Notes: generated by a model from the letters alone, not told the origin. DNA of 32,000 nt from Deinococcus radiodurans R1 = ATCC 13939 = DSM 20539 (GCF_000008565.1 NC_001263.1:1062928-1094927); one strand, 5' to 3'; positions 1-8,018 are shown, counted from the first letter of the stretch. Translations and numbers: made by a program.

Positions 1-141
1 GGTGTCGGCGATGTGGTCGCCGGCCAGGCCGAACTCGCCGAGCTGTACCGGGCCGGACACAGGCTCCTTGAAAATGCCGCTGTAACCGCTTTTGGCACGG
101 ATGGGCCGCCGCTCCCCGACATTCACGCTCAGCACTCGCAT
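1..141 (-). CDS. MOSC domain protein, N-terminal fragment (gene runs off the left edge)
   Basis: Minus-strand ATG at 141 reads MRVLSVNVGERRPIRAKSGYSGIFKEPVSGPVQLGEFGLAGDHIADT in frame to base 1, the usual N-terminus of YiiM/MOSC proteins. A TATCCT -10-like box (rc of 147-152) lies 5 nt upstream. It is too short to appear in the ORF track. Confidence 0.55.
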   Translation of the reverse strand, partial: MRVLSVNVGERRPIRAKSGYSGIFKEPVSGPVQLGEFGLAGDHIADT

Positions 142-191
142 GTCGCAGGATAAGGCGTTGACTTTCTCCGCCGCTGCTACCCTGACGCCAT

Positions 192-884
192 GTGTGCCGG
201 AGCCTTCCGTTGATTCCCCGCGTCCTGCTCGGCTCCGCGCCGGTGCCCGGTGGGGAGGGCGAACTGCACCTGTTTCGCCGAGGCGCCGACTTTGCCATCA
301 GTGTGAGCACCATGCCCGGCGAGCTGATGAACAGCCGGATGCACGCCTCCGAAGACGCGCTCGCCCAGCTCGGGTGCGCTCCGGTGGCGGGGCGACAGGC
401 GGCGCGGGTGCTTGTCGGCGGCCTCGGCATGGGCTTCACGCTCGCCGAGGCGCTGCGGCAGCTCGGGCCGGATGCCCGCGTGGTCGTCGCCGAACTCGTG
501 CTGCAGGTCGTGGACTGGAACCGGGGCGAGTTGGGCGAATGCGCCGGGTGGCCGCTGCGTGACCCGCGGGTGGAGGTGCGGGTCGGGGACGTGGGCGCGG
601 TCATGCGCGAGGCGGGGCCGTTCGACGCGATTGTGCTCGACGTGGACAACGGGCCGGAGGGCCTCACCCGCGACGAAAACGGGCGGCTCTACAGTCCCGC
701 CGGATTGCGTTCGGCGTGGGCAGCGTTGCGGCCCGGTGGGGTGCTGGCGGTCTGGTCGGCGCATCCGGCCCCGGCGTTCACGCGCAAGCTGGAGCGGGCG
801 GGGTTCCGGGTGCGCTTAAAGCAGGTGCGGGAAAGGGTGGGGAAGGGGGCGGTGCATACGGTGTGGGTGGGGGAGAAGGGGTGA
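192..884 (+). CDS. spermidine synthase-like class I SAM-dependent methyltransferase-fold protein
   Basis: ORF track. It has a VLVGGLGMGFT glycine-rich loop plus DAIVLDVDNGP and PGGVLAVWS, typical of the short spermine/spermidine synthase-like family. The start is uncertain (GTG 192 or TTG 210). TACCCT at 178-183 lies just upstream. Confidence 0.8.
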   Translation: MCRSLPLIPRVLLGSAPVPGGEGELHLFRRGADFAISVSTMPGELMNSRMHASEDALAQLGCAPVAGRQAARVLVGGLGMGFTLAEALRQLGPDARVVVAELVLQVVDWNRGELGECAGWPLRDPRVEVRVGDVGAVMREAGPFDAIVLDVDNGPEGLTRDENGRLYSPAGLRSAWAALRPGGVLAVWSAHPAPAFTRKLERAGFRVRLKQVRERVGKGAVHTVWVGEKG

Positions 885-1144
885 GGGTGTTGAAGCCAGG
901 GCTTTAGCTGTAGGCCCCAACCCCAAACCCCTATCCCCAGAGGGGACAGGGGCTTAACGCTGGCGCTGTGCACATGGCGGTGATTTCGCGTGTCGGGCGG
1001 TGCTCCGTAGTTGAGTGGGGGGCTGGTTGCCTGAACCTTCCAAATCGTGTCAGGCCCGTGCGCCTTCAGCGCCCGACGGCCCTTCCGTTCTGCGTTTCAC
1101 GATTTTCTGTGGACGGCGTAGATAAAAGCTGAGGCGCAAGCATT

Positions 1145-1225
1145 TCTCTGACCCTCTCCCCTTGCGGGACTCGCAGAGCTGCGGAGCAGAGAGGGCCTTT
1201 GCGAAAGCAAAGGGGTGAGGGGGCG
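1145..1225. repeat. SNR-like palindromic intergenic repeat (long variant)
   Basis: tctgaccctctcccc ... gagagggcctttgcgaaagcaaaggggtgaggggg. It has the same ends and the same two nested inverted repeats as the copies at 10109, 19933 and 23629, plus an extra internal segment (ctcgcagagctgcg, 1170-1183) that recurs inverted at 19890-19903. Confidence 0.8.
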
Positions 1226-1243
1226 TCCACACCCCATAAACCC

Positions 1244-1998
1244 TCACCCCCCCCGCAAAAACCGCACCGTCTCCCGCTGCAACATCTCTATCTGTTCGAG
1301 CGAGTCATACGTGTGCCCCGCGCCGGGAATCGCGGTGGCGTCGCAGCGCAGGGCTTCGGCGTACGCACGCCCCACTCCACCGGGCAGGTCTGGTCGCGGT
1401 CGCCGTGAAAGACGTGGGCGACCCCACCCCAGCGGGCCGCGGCCTCCAACGGGCGCGTCTGCACGACTTCTTGCAGGAACGCGCGGCCCAGCGGCCAGCC
1501 GCCGTAGTCGCTGATGACCGGGGGCAGCAGTCCGCCGCGCAGGTGCCGCAGCCACAGCTCGGGCAGCGCGGGCGACCACAGGGCGAAGCGGTGAGGCCGC
1601 ACTTTTTCGGCGGCCAGGGCGCTGACCAGTCCGCCCATGCTGTAGCCGAGCAGCATCACCCGCTCGGGGTCGAGGCCGGGTTGGTGGCGCACATAGTCGA
1701 AGGCGGCCTCCACGTCCTGCACCTCGCGGCCCACCGTCATCTCGGAAAAGTCGCCCTGGCTCTCGCCGCTGCCCCGGCAGTCGAAGCGCAGCGCGGCTAT
1801 GCCAGCGGCGGTGAGGCGGCGGGCCAGCAGCACCAGCAGGCGGTGGCTGCTCACCTTGTCGCCGGTAAACCCATGCACGATGACCACGCTCGGCCAGCCT
1901 TGCGGCGGCGCCTGCTGTCCAGTGGCGGAACCGTCCGGCGTGTGGAGCATTCCGTACATCCGCTGACCCTCGACGCTGAACTGCGCGAACATTTCCAT
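1244..1998 (-). pseudogene. alpha/beta hydrolase with an interrupted reading frame (apparent 1-nt loss near 1370-1373)
   Basis: ORF 1288..1998 carries the N-terminal part (GYSMGG nucleophile elbow, HGDRD). ORF 1244..1579 carries the family-typical C-terminus (GRAYAEALRCDATAIPGAGHTYDS...). The two frames differ by one base. Confidence 0.8.
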
Positions 1999-2005
1999 GC
2001 CGCCG

Positions 2006-2011
2006 AGTGTA
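2006..2011 (-). promoter_or_regulatory. -10-like box TACACT, 7 nt upstream of the hydrolase ATG (leaderless-type start)
   Basis: The rc of agtgta at 2006-2011 is TACACT. The spacer 1999-2005 is 7 nt and the ATG is at 1998. Confidence 0.45.
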
Positions 2012-2132
2012 CGGGGGCGGGCGCGTCAGACTGTGCGCCGGGGGACGGTCGGGCGGGTCAGGCAGCGCCGCGACAATGTTTGATGGAGGCGGCGCTTAGC
2101 CGGGGCGGCGTGCTACCGGCAACAATCAGGCC

Positions 2133-2327
2133 ATGAACCAGAATGTCGGGAACCTTGACCGCCTCGTCCGTGCCACCGTCGGCATCGGGCTGCTGATTGT
2201 CGCCACCCGCCGCCACGGCCTCGGCAAGCTCGCTGCGCTGGGCCTGGGCGCCGCGCTGCTTACCACCTCGGCCACCGCCCACTGCCCCGCGTACTCGGCG
2301 CTAGGGACCGATACCCTCGACCACTGA
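2133..2327 (+). CDS. DUF2892 (YgaP-like) small membrane protein
   Basis: The 64-aa ORF reads MNQNVGNLDRLVRATVGIGLL ... CPAYSALG, the characteristic NxGxxDRxxR start and CPxY motif of DUF2892. It is followed by a strong terminator. Confidence 0.75.
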   Translation: MNQNVGNLDRLVRATVGIGLLIVATRRHGLGKLAALGLGAALLTTSATAHCPAYSALGTDTLDH

Positions 2328-2333
2328 GTCCAC

Positions 2334-2381
2334 AAAAACCGGGAGAGCCGCAGGCTGTATGCCACGGCTCTCCCGGTTTTT
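2334..2381. terminator. bidirectional intrinsic terminator between DUF2892 and aspS
   Basis: aaaaa-ccgggagagccg (2339-2350), a 14-nt loop, cggctctcccgg (2365-2376), then ttttt. This is a 12-bp perfect stem flanked by an A-run and a T-run. Confidence 0.85.
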
Positions 2382-2390
2382 AATGATCAT

Positions 2391-3698
2391 TCAGGGCGTC
2401 AGCCGGTGCCGGTCACGCGGGAAAGCGCGGGCATAGCGCACGTTGGCGATGCCGAGCAGCTTGGCGGTCAGTCGCTCGGCGCCGATGGCGAAGCCGCCGT
2501 GCGGGGGCATCCCGTATTTGAAGACCTCGGTGTAGCCCTCCAGCGATTCGGGTTTGAGTTTGTACGCCGCGATGGAGTCCATCAGCATCCCGTAGTCGTG
2601 GATGCGCTGCCCGCCCGAGGTGATTTCGATGCCCCGGAACAGCAGGTCGAAGCCGCGCGTCACTTCACCGTTCACGCTGCCGTCCTCGTTCAGTTCGGGG
2701 TGCGCATAGAAGGGCCGGGCGGCGCGCGGGTACTTCGTCACGAACACGAAGTCGCTGCCCTCGGTTTCGGCAAAATGCTGCGAGAGCAGGCGCTCGGCTT
2801 CGGGGTCGAGGTCTTTGCCGCCGACCGGGTGGCCGTATTTTTCCGTCACCAGTTGCCGGGCGTCCATCAGCGTGATGCGGGGAATGTGCGCCGGCACGTC
2901 GGGAATCGTCGCGCCCAGCAGCTCAAACTCGGCCTGCGAGGTGGCCCGCAGCCGCTCCATGATGCTCGCCAGCAGGCGGTTCTCGAGGCCCATCACGTCT
3001 TCCTCGTCCTCAATGAAGCCCATTTCCACGTCGAGCGACAGGTATTCGTTGAGGTGACGGCTGGTGGCGTGCTCCTCGGCGCGGTAGACGGCGGCGACTT
3101 CGAAGACGCGCTCGAACACGCCGACCATAATCTGCTTGTAGAGCTGCGGGCTCTGCGCGAGGTAGGCCGGGTGCCCGAAATAGTCGATGGGGAAGAGGTT
3201 CGCCCCGCCTTCCGCGCCCGCCGACACGATTTTGGGCGTGCTGATTTCGGTAAAGCCCTCGCCGCGCAGGTGCGCCCGGAAGGCGTCCACCAGTTCGGCC
3301 TGCACCTTGAGCGCCGCCCGCTCCTTGAGCCCGCGCACCGTCACCACGCGGTAGTCGAGCATCGTTTCGGGGTTGACGTTCCACTCCATTTTGGGGATTT
3401 CCACCGGGGTGGCCTCGGTCGCCGCCGAGATGACGCGGAAGTCTTCCACCTGCACCTCGAAGCCGCCGGGCGCTTTGGGGTGGGCCTTGACCTTGCCGAC
3501 GACTTCCACGCTGCTCTCGGCCAGGGGAAGGGTCAGGCCGCTGCCCACGCACTGGGTCACGCCGGTCACGTCGCGCAGCACCAAAAATTGCACGCCCCCC
3601 AGGTCGCGGCGGGCGTGGACGAAGCCTTGAAGTTTAACGGTCTGCCCCTCATGTTGGGGCAGTTCACGGGTCAGCGTGCGTTTGAGTGGGCTGGTCAT
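2391..3698 (-). CDS. aspS: aspartyl-tRNA synthetase, archaeal/eukaryal-type (435 aa, no bacterial insertion domain); AspRS2-like
   Basis: It has an OB-fold N-terminus and class II motifs (FRAEEHATSRHLNEY, GGFAIGAERL). The ATG at 3698 is preceded by AAGGAGA (rc of 3703-3709). The longer ORF-track start at 3845 runs through the leader and terminator and is rejected. Confidence 0.93.
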   Translation of the reverse strand: MTSPLKRTLTRELPQHEGQTVKLQGFVHARRDLGGVQFLVLRDVTGVTQCVGSGLTLPLAESSVEVVGKVKAHPKAPGGFEVQVEDFRVISAATEATPVEIPKMEWNVNPETMLDYRVVTVRGLKERAALKVQAELVDAFRAHLRGEGFTEISTPKIVSAGAEGGANLFPIDYFGHPAYLAQSPQLYKQIMVGVFERVFEVAAVYRAEEHATSRHLNEYLSLDVEMGFIEDEEDVMGLENRLLASIMERLRATSQAEFELLGATIPDVPAHIPRITLMDARQLVTEKYGHPVGGKDLDPEAERLLSQHFAETEGSDFVFVTKYPRAARPFYAHPELNEDGSVNGEVTRGFDLLFRGIEITSGGQRIHDYGMLMDSIAAYKLKPESLEGYTEVFKYGMPPHGGFAIGAERLTAKLLGIANVRYARAFPRDRHRLTP

Positions 3699-3715
3699 GA
3701 GTCTCTCCTTGAACG

Positions 3716-3746
3716 AAAAACCCCCGCCGGGGTGGGCGGGGGCGCG
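3716..3746 (-). terminator. intrinsic terminator inside the aspS 5' leader (candidate attenuator)
   Basis: Minus strand: GCGCCCCCGCC-CACCCC-GGCGGGGG-TTTTT. This is an 8-bp all-GC stem, a 6-nt loop and a U5 tract, ending 6 nt before the aspS RBS. Confidence 0.75.
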
Positions 3747-3766
3747 GCCATACGACGAGGCGTCCC

Positions 3767-3808
3767 CTAGCGGGAATCGTCGTTGTCGTTGTTCAGTGCC
3801 GCGAACAT
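3767..3808 (-). CDS. candidate leader peptide MFAALNNDNDDSR (13 codons, six consecutive Asn/Asp codons)
   Basis: ATG TTC GCG GCA CTG AAC AAC GAC AAC GAC GAT TCC CGC TAG on the minus strand. The ATG lies 7 nt downstream of a TACACT -10 box (leaderless geometry). The stop abuts the antiterminator/terminator segments. Confidence 0.55.
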   Translation of the reverse strand: MFAALNNDNDDSR

Positions 3809-3815
3809 GGTGCAG

Positions 3816-3845
3816 AGTGTAGCCGCCGCAGCGCAGCGGGGTCAA
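3816..3845 (-). promoter_or_regulatory. sigma-70-type promoter TTGACC-18 nt-TACACT driving the aspS leader
   Basis: The rc of ggtcaa (3840-3845) is TTGACC and the rc of agtgta (3816-3821) is TACACT, with an 18-nt spacer. It lies between the MFS stop (3899) and the leader terminator. Confidence 0.65.
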
Positions 3846-3898
3846 AGGGGGCGGCTAGGCAGGGGGGAGTGAGGAAAAAATTTGGTTTGCGGACTCCC

Positions 3899-5182
3899 TC
3901 ACCCCGCCTTCCGCACCTCCGGTACGTTGCGGACCAGCACCACGCCGAGCAGGAAAAACAGCGCCGCGCTGCCGAAGACGAGCACATACCCGAAGTTGTC
4001 GCCGTGCCGGTTGCCCCAGTCGAGGAGTGCGCCCATCGGCAGGTTGACGAACTGCGGCGCGACGAAGGCGACGTGCCAGATGCCCATGTCGCGGGCGTAG
4101 CTGCTGCGGCTCGGCATGGCGTCGGCGCCCAGCGCCCAGTCCACGCTGGTAAACGCCCCGAAGCCCAAGCCGAAGCAAAACGCCAGCAGCAGCGCGAAGG
4201 TGAAGCTCGGCGCGACGAGCAGCAGCAGCGCCGTGACCGTCATGACCGTGCCTGCGAAATAAATGACCGGCTTGCGCCCGATGCGGTCACTCAGCCGCCC
4301 GCCCACCACGGCGGAGATGATGGACGCGATGACGATGCACGCGAGCAGCAGGGAACTGCTCATCACCGGGTCTTTTTGCCGCAGCACGTCGCCTGCGTAG
4401 AACTGCAAAAACGGCTGCACGCTGTACTGCCCGAGTGCGAACAGCACCCGCGTGATAAACACCCATTTGAACGGCGCGTAGGCGAACAGCTCGCGCCAGG
4501 GGAGCACCTCACCCGGCGCGGCGGGGGCCACCGCTTCGGCCTGCTCCACCACCCCCCGGATAGTGATAACTGCCGCCACGAGCAGCAGCGCCGCCATCAG
4601 CACAAAGGGGAGGCTCGCCCCGTAGTGGCTGCCGATGGCGACGCCCGCCGCCGCGCCCAGCAGTTGCCCCAGCGCTTGCAAGGTGCCCATCGCCCCGCTG
4701 TAGCGCCCGCGCTGCTCCGGCGGCACGAGCTGCGGAATCAGGGCCGAATACGGCGCGGTGGCGTAGTTGTTGCCGAACTGCACCAGCACGAAGCCGAGCA
4801 CGTATACCCAGAAGCCCGTACTCCCGGCGAGCAGGCCCACCGCCGCGCCCATCACCGCCAGCCCCGCCACGTTGATGCCCACGCCCAGGCGCAGGTAAGG
4901 CAGCCGCCGCCCCGTCTTGTCCGAGTGCGCCCCCACCAGCGGCGGCACGACCAGCGCAATCGCCGCGCCGATGGCCCCCAGCAGCCCCAGGTACGTGCCC
5001 TTGTGCGCCGCGCCCATGAACCCCACCACATGCGCAGGCATGTAGATGGTCAGCAGCATCAGCCACAGGAAGGCCGTTCCGAACCAGAACGCCGACAGCA
5101 CCCAGGGGCTGGGCAATGGGGGGCTGGGCAACGGGGAATGGGGCAAGGCAGCGGCGGGCCGCGCAGCAGGAGGAAGTGTCAT
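3899..5182 (-). CDS. MFS transporter
   Basis: About 12 hydrophobic segments, with MFS motif-A-like loops in both halves ([12 protein letters not shown] and [12 protein letters not shown]). I chose the ATG at 5182 (MTLPPAARP) because the longer ORF start would overlap the upstream GNAT gene. Confidence 0.88.
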   Translation of the reverse strand: MTLPPAARPAAALPHSPLPSPPLPSPWVLSAFWFGTAFLWLMLLTIYMPAHVVGFMGAAHKGTYLGLLGAIGAAIALVVPPLVGAHSDKTGRRLPYLRLGVGINVAGLAVMGAAVGLLAGSTGFWVYVLGFVLVQFGNNYATAPYSALIPQLVPPEQRGRYSGAMGTLQALGQLLGAAAGVAIGSHYGASLPFVLMAALLLVAAVITIRGVVEQAEAVAPAAPGEVLPWRELFAYAPFKWVFITRVLFALGQYSVQPFLQFYAGDVLRQKDPVMSSSLLLACIVIASIISAVVGGRLSDRIGRKPVIYFAGTVMTVTALLLLVAPSFTFALLLAFCFGLGFGAFTSVDWALGADAMPSRSSYARDMGIWHVAFVAPQFVNLPMGALLDWGNRHGDNFGYVLVFGSAALFFLLGVVLVRNVPEVRKAG

Positions 5183-5207
5183 GTGGGGAACAGTGTAGGG
5201 AGTTGCG

Positions 5208-6200
5208 TCAGTCCTGTGCCAACGTCCGAACCTGCTCCCCGAGGCCGCCCCACACCATCTCAATGAACGCCGGTTCGGGCTGGAACCCCAGCCGTGTGTT
5301 GATGGCGAGCATGGGCGCGTTGGCGGTCGCGTTGTGGGTCACGACCCGGCGGATGCCCTGGGCGTGCGCGAGGTTCAGCGAGTGGCGTTTGAGCGCCAGC
5401 GCCAGCCCCCGGCGACGGTGCGCGCGGGCGGTGCCGGTCAGGCCGGTGTTCAGCGCGTGCGGGTCGGCGAGGTCGCGCCACAGTTCGGTGAGCGCCGCCA
5501 CCTCGCCCGCCTGCGTGACTGCCAGCCAGAGGCCGTCCGGGAAGAAGGTGGGGTGCTGCACGTAGGCCCGAATGTCGTCCAGGCTGTACGGCTGCGCGGG
5601 AATGCGGCGCGGCTCGTCGGCGCGGGCCTCGTTGAAGGTGCGGCGGAAGGCGCCCAGCGCGGGCGTCTCCCCGAGGTCGGCCACGAAGTCCGGCAGGCTC
5701 CGCAGGCGGTATCCGGCGGGCAGGTCGGCGGGTTGCGACGTCCAGGTGGTCAAGTCCAGGACGTTGGTGAACTCGCGTTCCAGTTCGCTGAACCCGCGCG
5801 CTTGCAGGAAGGCGACGGCGTGCGGCTCGTCCTCCCGCGCGCCGGCCAGCACTTCGCGGGCGCCGCGTTCCTTCAGATGGGTGCGTACCGTCGCCGCCAG
5901 CACCGCGCCGACACCCCGTCGCCCGTGCTCCGGCGGCACTGTGACCGTGACGTTGTAGCGGTCGGGCTGGTGCGACCCGGCCCACTGCGTGACACCCGCG
6001 AAGCCCACGATTTTACTGCCGCGCTCGGCCACCCACTGCGCCAGGTGCAGGCCCTTGGGGTGGGTGCGGGTGTTCTCGGCGGCGACCCGCAGTTGCTCGG
6101 CGGTCACCGTCTGGCCGGGCCGCGCGGCGGTGAGGACGGCCCCGACCGCCGGATAATCGGCTTCCGTCGCTTCTCTGATGTGAACTGTCCTGTCGTTCAT
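5208..6200 (-). CDS. two-domain GNAT N-acetyltransferase (paralogue 1)
   Basis: It has two acetyl-CoA-binding motifs ([10 protein letters not shown] and [11 protein letters not shown]). The ATG at 6200 overlaps the stop of the upstream paralogue (ATGA). Confidence 0.85.
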   Translation of the reverse strand: MNDRTVHIREATEADYPAVGAVLTAARPGQTVTAEQLRVAAENTRTHPKGLHLAQWVAERGSKIVGFAGVTQWAGSHQPDRYNVTVTVPPEHGRRGVGAVLAATVRTHLKERGAREVLAGAREDEPHAVAFLQARGFSELEREFTNVLDLTTWTSQPADLPAGYRLRSLPDFVADLGETPALGAFRRTFNEARADEPRRIPAQPYSLDDIRAYVQHPTFFPDGLWLAVTQAGEVAALTELWRDLADPHALNTGLTGTARAHRRRGLALALKRHSLNLAHAQGIRRVVTHNATANAPMLAINTRLGFQPEPAFIEMVWGGLGEQVRTLAQD

Positions 6201-7161
6201 AGCTTCCCCCAGCGGTATTCCACGTAGCCCACGTCGTTCTGAAAGCCCAGCCGCCTGTTCAGCGTCACATGGGCGCGTTGCCGCTCTCGGCATTGGTGGT
6301 GATGCGCCGGACGCCCTGCGCGTGGGCGTCGCGCATCGCCGCCACCTTCAGGGCCAGCGCCAGCCCACGCCGCCGCCACTCACGCCGCACGCCGGTAAAG
6401 CCGATGCTCAGGCGGGTTGGGTCGTCCTCCCAGGACTTGAGTTCGGTGAAGGCGGCGGCCTGACCGTCCGGTATCAGGGCGAACAGGACGCCGCCGGGCC
6501 GGAAATGCTCATCCTCGGTGCGTTTGCGGAACTGTTCGAGGTCGGGCAGCGTGCGCGGCGCAGGGGCGGGCACGTCGGGAACGGTGGCGCAGTACACGTC
6601 GTAATAGGTGCTCAGCGCGGCGTCCTCCCCCTGTTCGGCTCGCAAGTCAGCATAGGAGGCCACACGCACACCAGCGGGAAGCGGCGCCGACCACGCGCCG
6701 AAATCAAACGCGGTCAGGTCAAGGTGGCTGTCAAAGTACCGCTGCACCTCCTCCAACCCGCAGCGCCGCAGCAGCCCGCAGCGGGCGGCGGGGTCGTCCT
6801 CGTACATCCCGGACAGCACTTCGCGGGCGCCGCGTTCCGTCAGGTGTGCCCGCAGTGTCTCTGCCAGCGCCGTGCCGAGGCCCTGCCCGCGCCCGCGTTC
6901 CAGCACCTGCACCTCGGCGTGATAGCGGTCGGGGTGGAACAGGCCCGCGTACTGAATGACACTCGCGTAGGCCAGAGTCTCGCCGCCGAGTTCGGCCACC
7001 CAGTACGCCTCGTGCAGCCCCAGCGGGTGGTCGCGCGCCTCCTGCATCTCGCGGGCAAAAGTCTCGGCGGTCATCGGATGGTTGGGGTTCAGCGCCGTCT
7101 GAATCGCCGCCATCGCGGGAATGTCGGCGTCGGTGGCGGGGCGAAGGGTGAATGGCGTCAT
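6197..7161 (-). pseudogene. two-domain GNAT N-acetyltransferase (paralogue 2) with an interrupted frame (apparent 1-nt loss near 6265-6268)
   Basis: ORF 6265..7161 stops at ...TTNAESGNAPM. The remaining C-terminus [22 protein letters not shown] is in ORF 6197..6379. Paralogue 1 reads [14 protein letters not shown] across the same point. Confidence 0.8.
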
Positions 7162-7265
7162 GGTGACATGCTCGCACTGGGAGTAGGCGCCGCGCTTACG
7201 CCGAATGGCGGAGCACCGCGTTTGGCAGCGACCCCTGGGCCGAACGTTTCAGGCATCCTGTCCTC

Positions 7266-7868
7266 ATGCCTTTTCCCACCCCCGAGGCCGCCGAAGCCCT
7301 CTTGCTGGAAGCCGCGACTTGCAACGCCGGGGCCTGGGTCGCCCACTCACGGAATGTGGCGCTGGCGGCGCAACGGATTGCCGAGCATCACCCCGACCTC
7401 GACCCTGCGCGGGCGCACACGCTGGGGCTGCTGCACGACATCGGGCGCCGAACCGGACCGAACAAGGACCGGCACATTCTGGACGGCTACGAGCAGCTTC
7501 TCGCGCTCGGATATGCGGATGCGGCGCGGGTCGCGTTGACCCACAGCTTTGTCATCCCTTCGCTCGACACCCTGCAAGGCGAGTGGGACGGCACCCCCGC
7601 CGAGTGGGAGCGGCTGCGGGTCGCCCTGGATGAGGCCCAGCAAACGGAAGAAGACAGCCTGCTGCAACTGTGTGACGCCCTGGCCCTCGCCGACGGCTTT
7701 TGCACCGTGCAGGAAAGGGTGGTGGACGTGGCCCTGCGCTACAGCGTCAATGAAACGACGCCAGAGAAATGGCGGGCGCTCCTTAACCTCAAGAGCCACT
7801 TCGACGAGGCGTGCGGCGTCAACATCTACCGCCTGCTGCCGGGTCTTTGTGAACGGCTCCTCGCCTGA
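7266..7868 (+). CDS. HD domain-containing protein (metal-dependent phosphohydrolase family)
   Basis: A 200-aa ORF with an H...LLHDIGR signature and high GC3. It is followed by a terminator. Confidence 0.8.
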   Translation: MPFPTPEAAEALLLEAATCNAGAWVAHSRNVALAAQRIAEHHPDLDPARAHTLGLLHDIGRRTGPNKDRHILDGYEQLLALGYADAARVALTHSFVIPSLDTLQGEWDGTPAEWERLRVALDEAQQTEEDSLLQLCDALALADGFCTVQERVVDVALRYSVNETTPEKWRALLNLKSHFDEACGVNIYRLLPGLCERLLA

Positions 7869-7943
7869 TACGTGCTGCGTCCAATTCCCTAAAACCCGGA
7901 AAAGCGCCGGATTGGAGTCCATTTCCCACAGCACGTATTTTTT
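7869..7943 (+). terminator. long structured hairpin plus T6 tract after the HD gene
   Basis: tacgtgctg (7869-7877) pairs with cagcacgta (7929-7937). There are inner pairings tccaat/attgga and ccgg/ccgg, then tttttt (7938-7943). Confidence 0.55.
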
Positions 7944-8006
7944 GCCACTCGCTCCGCTCCGGTTTCATCGCTCAAACTGAGCGATTCAACCGCAATTCGT
8001 ATGACT

Positions 8007-8012
8007 TATCCT
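8007..8012 (+). promoter_or_regulatory. -10-like box TATCCT, 6 nt upstream of ATG 8019 (leaderless-type start of meaB)
   Basis: tatcct at 8007-8012, spacer cctccc, ATG at 8019-8021. Confidence 0.45.
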
Positions 8013-8018
8013 CCTCCC

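Noticed and set aside
928-952. The hairpin cccctatcccc-aga-ggggacagggg downstream of the SpeE-like gene, considered as a possible terminator. A related C-rich motif, ccccaaacccc, lies at 20002-20012.
   Set aside because: The stem has an internal mismatch and no U-tract. It may belong to another repeat family, but two partial matches are not enough to call one.
2072-2136. A 17-codon uORF (ATG 2083) whose TGA overlaps the DUF2892 ATG, preceded by GACAAT.
   Set aside because: The hexamer lacks the conserved first T of the -10 box. The peptide (MEAALSRGGVLPATIRP) has no informative feature. I consider this weaker than the analogous case at 20041, so I do not report it as a finding.
3699-3845. 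The N-terminal extension of the aspS ORF (the ORF-track start at 3845).
   Set aside because: The extension runs through the promoter, the leader ORF and the terminator hairpin. A strong AAGGAGA RBS precedes ATG 3698, and the protein family starts there.
3699-3899. A T-box riboswitch upstream of aspS.
   Set aside because: A terminator directly before an aaRS gene suggested a T-box. However, I could not find the conserved T-box sequence (AANNNGGGTGGTACCGCG-like) or a specifier-loop architecture on the minus strand. The leader is only about 110 nt, so the leader-peptide model fits better.
3869-5266. A 465-aa ORF antisense to the MFS transporter. Similar long antisense or shifted ORFs were noted at 2406..3770, 5334..6227, 6322..7539, 13533..14591, 15052..16137, 17869..18666, 24861..26348 and 30640..31995.
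   Set aside because: They are low-complexity, Arg/Pro/Gly/His-rich translations opposite well-supported genes. The cause is stop-codon scarcity in GC-rich sequence.
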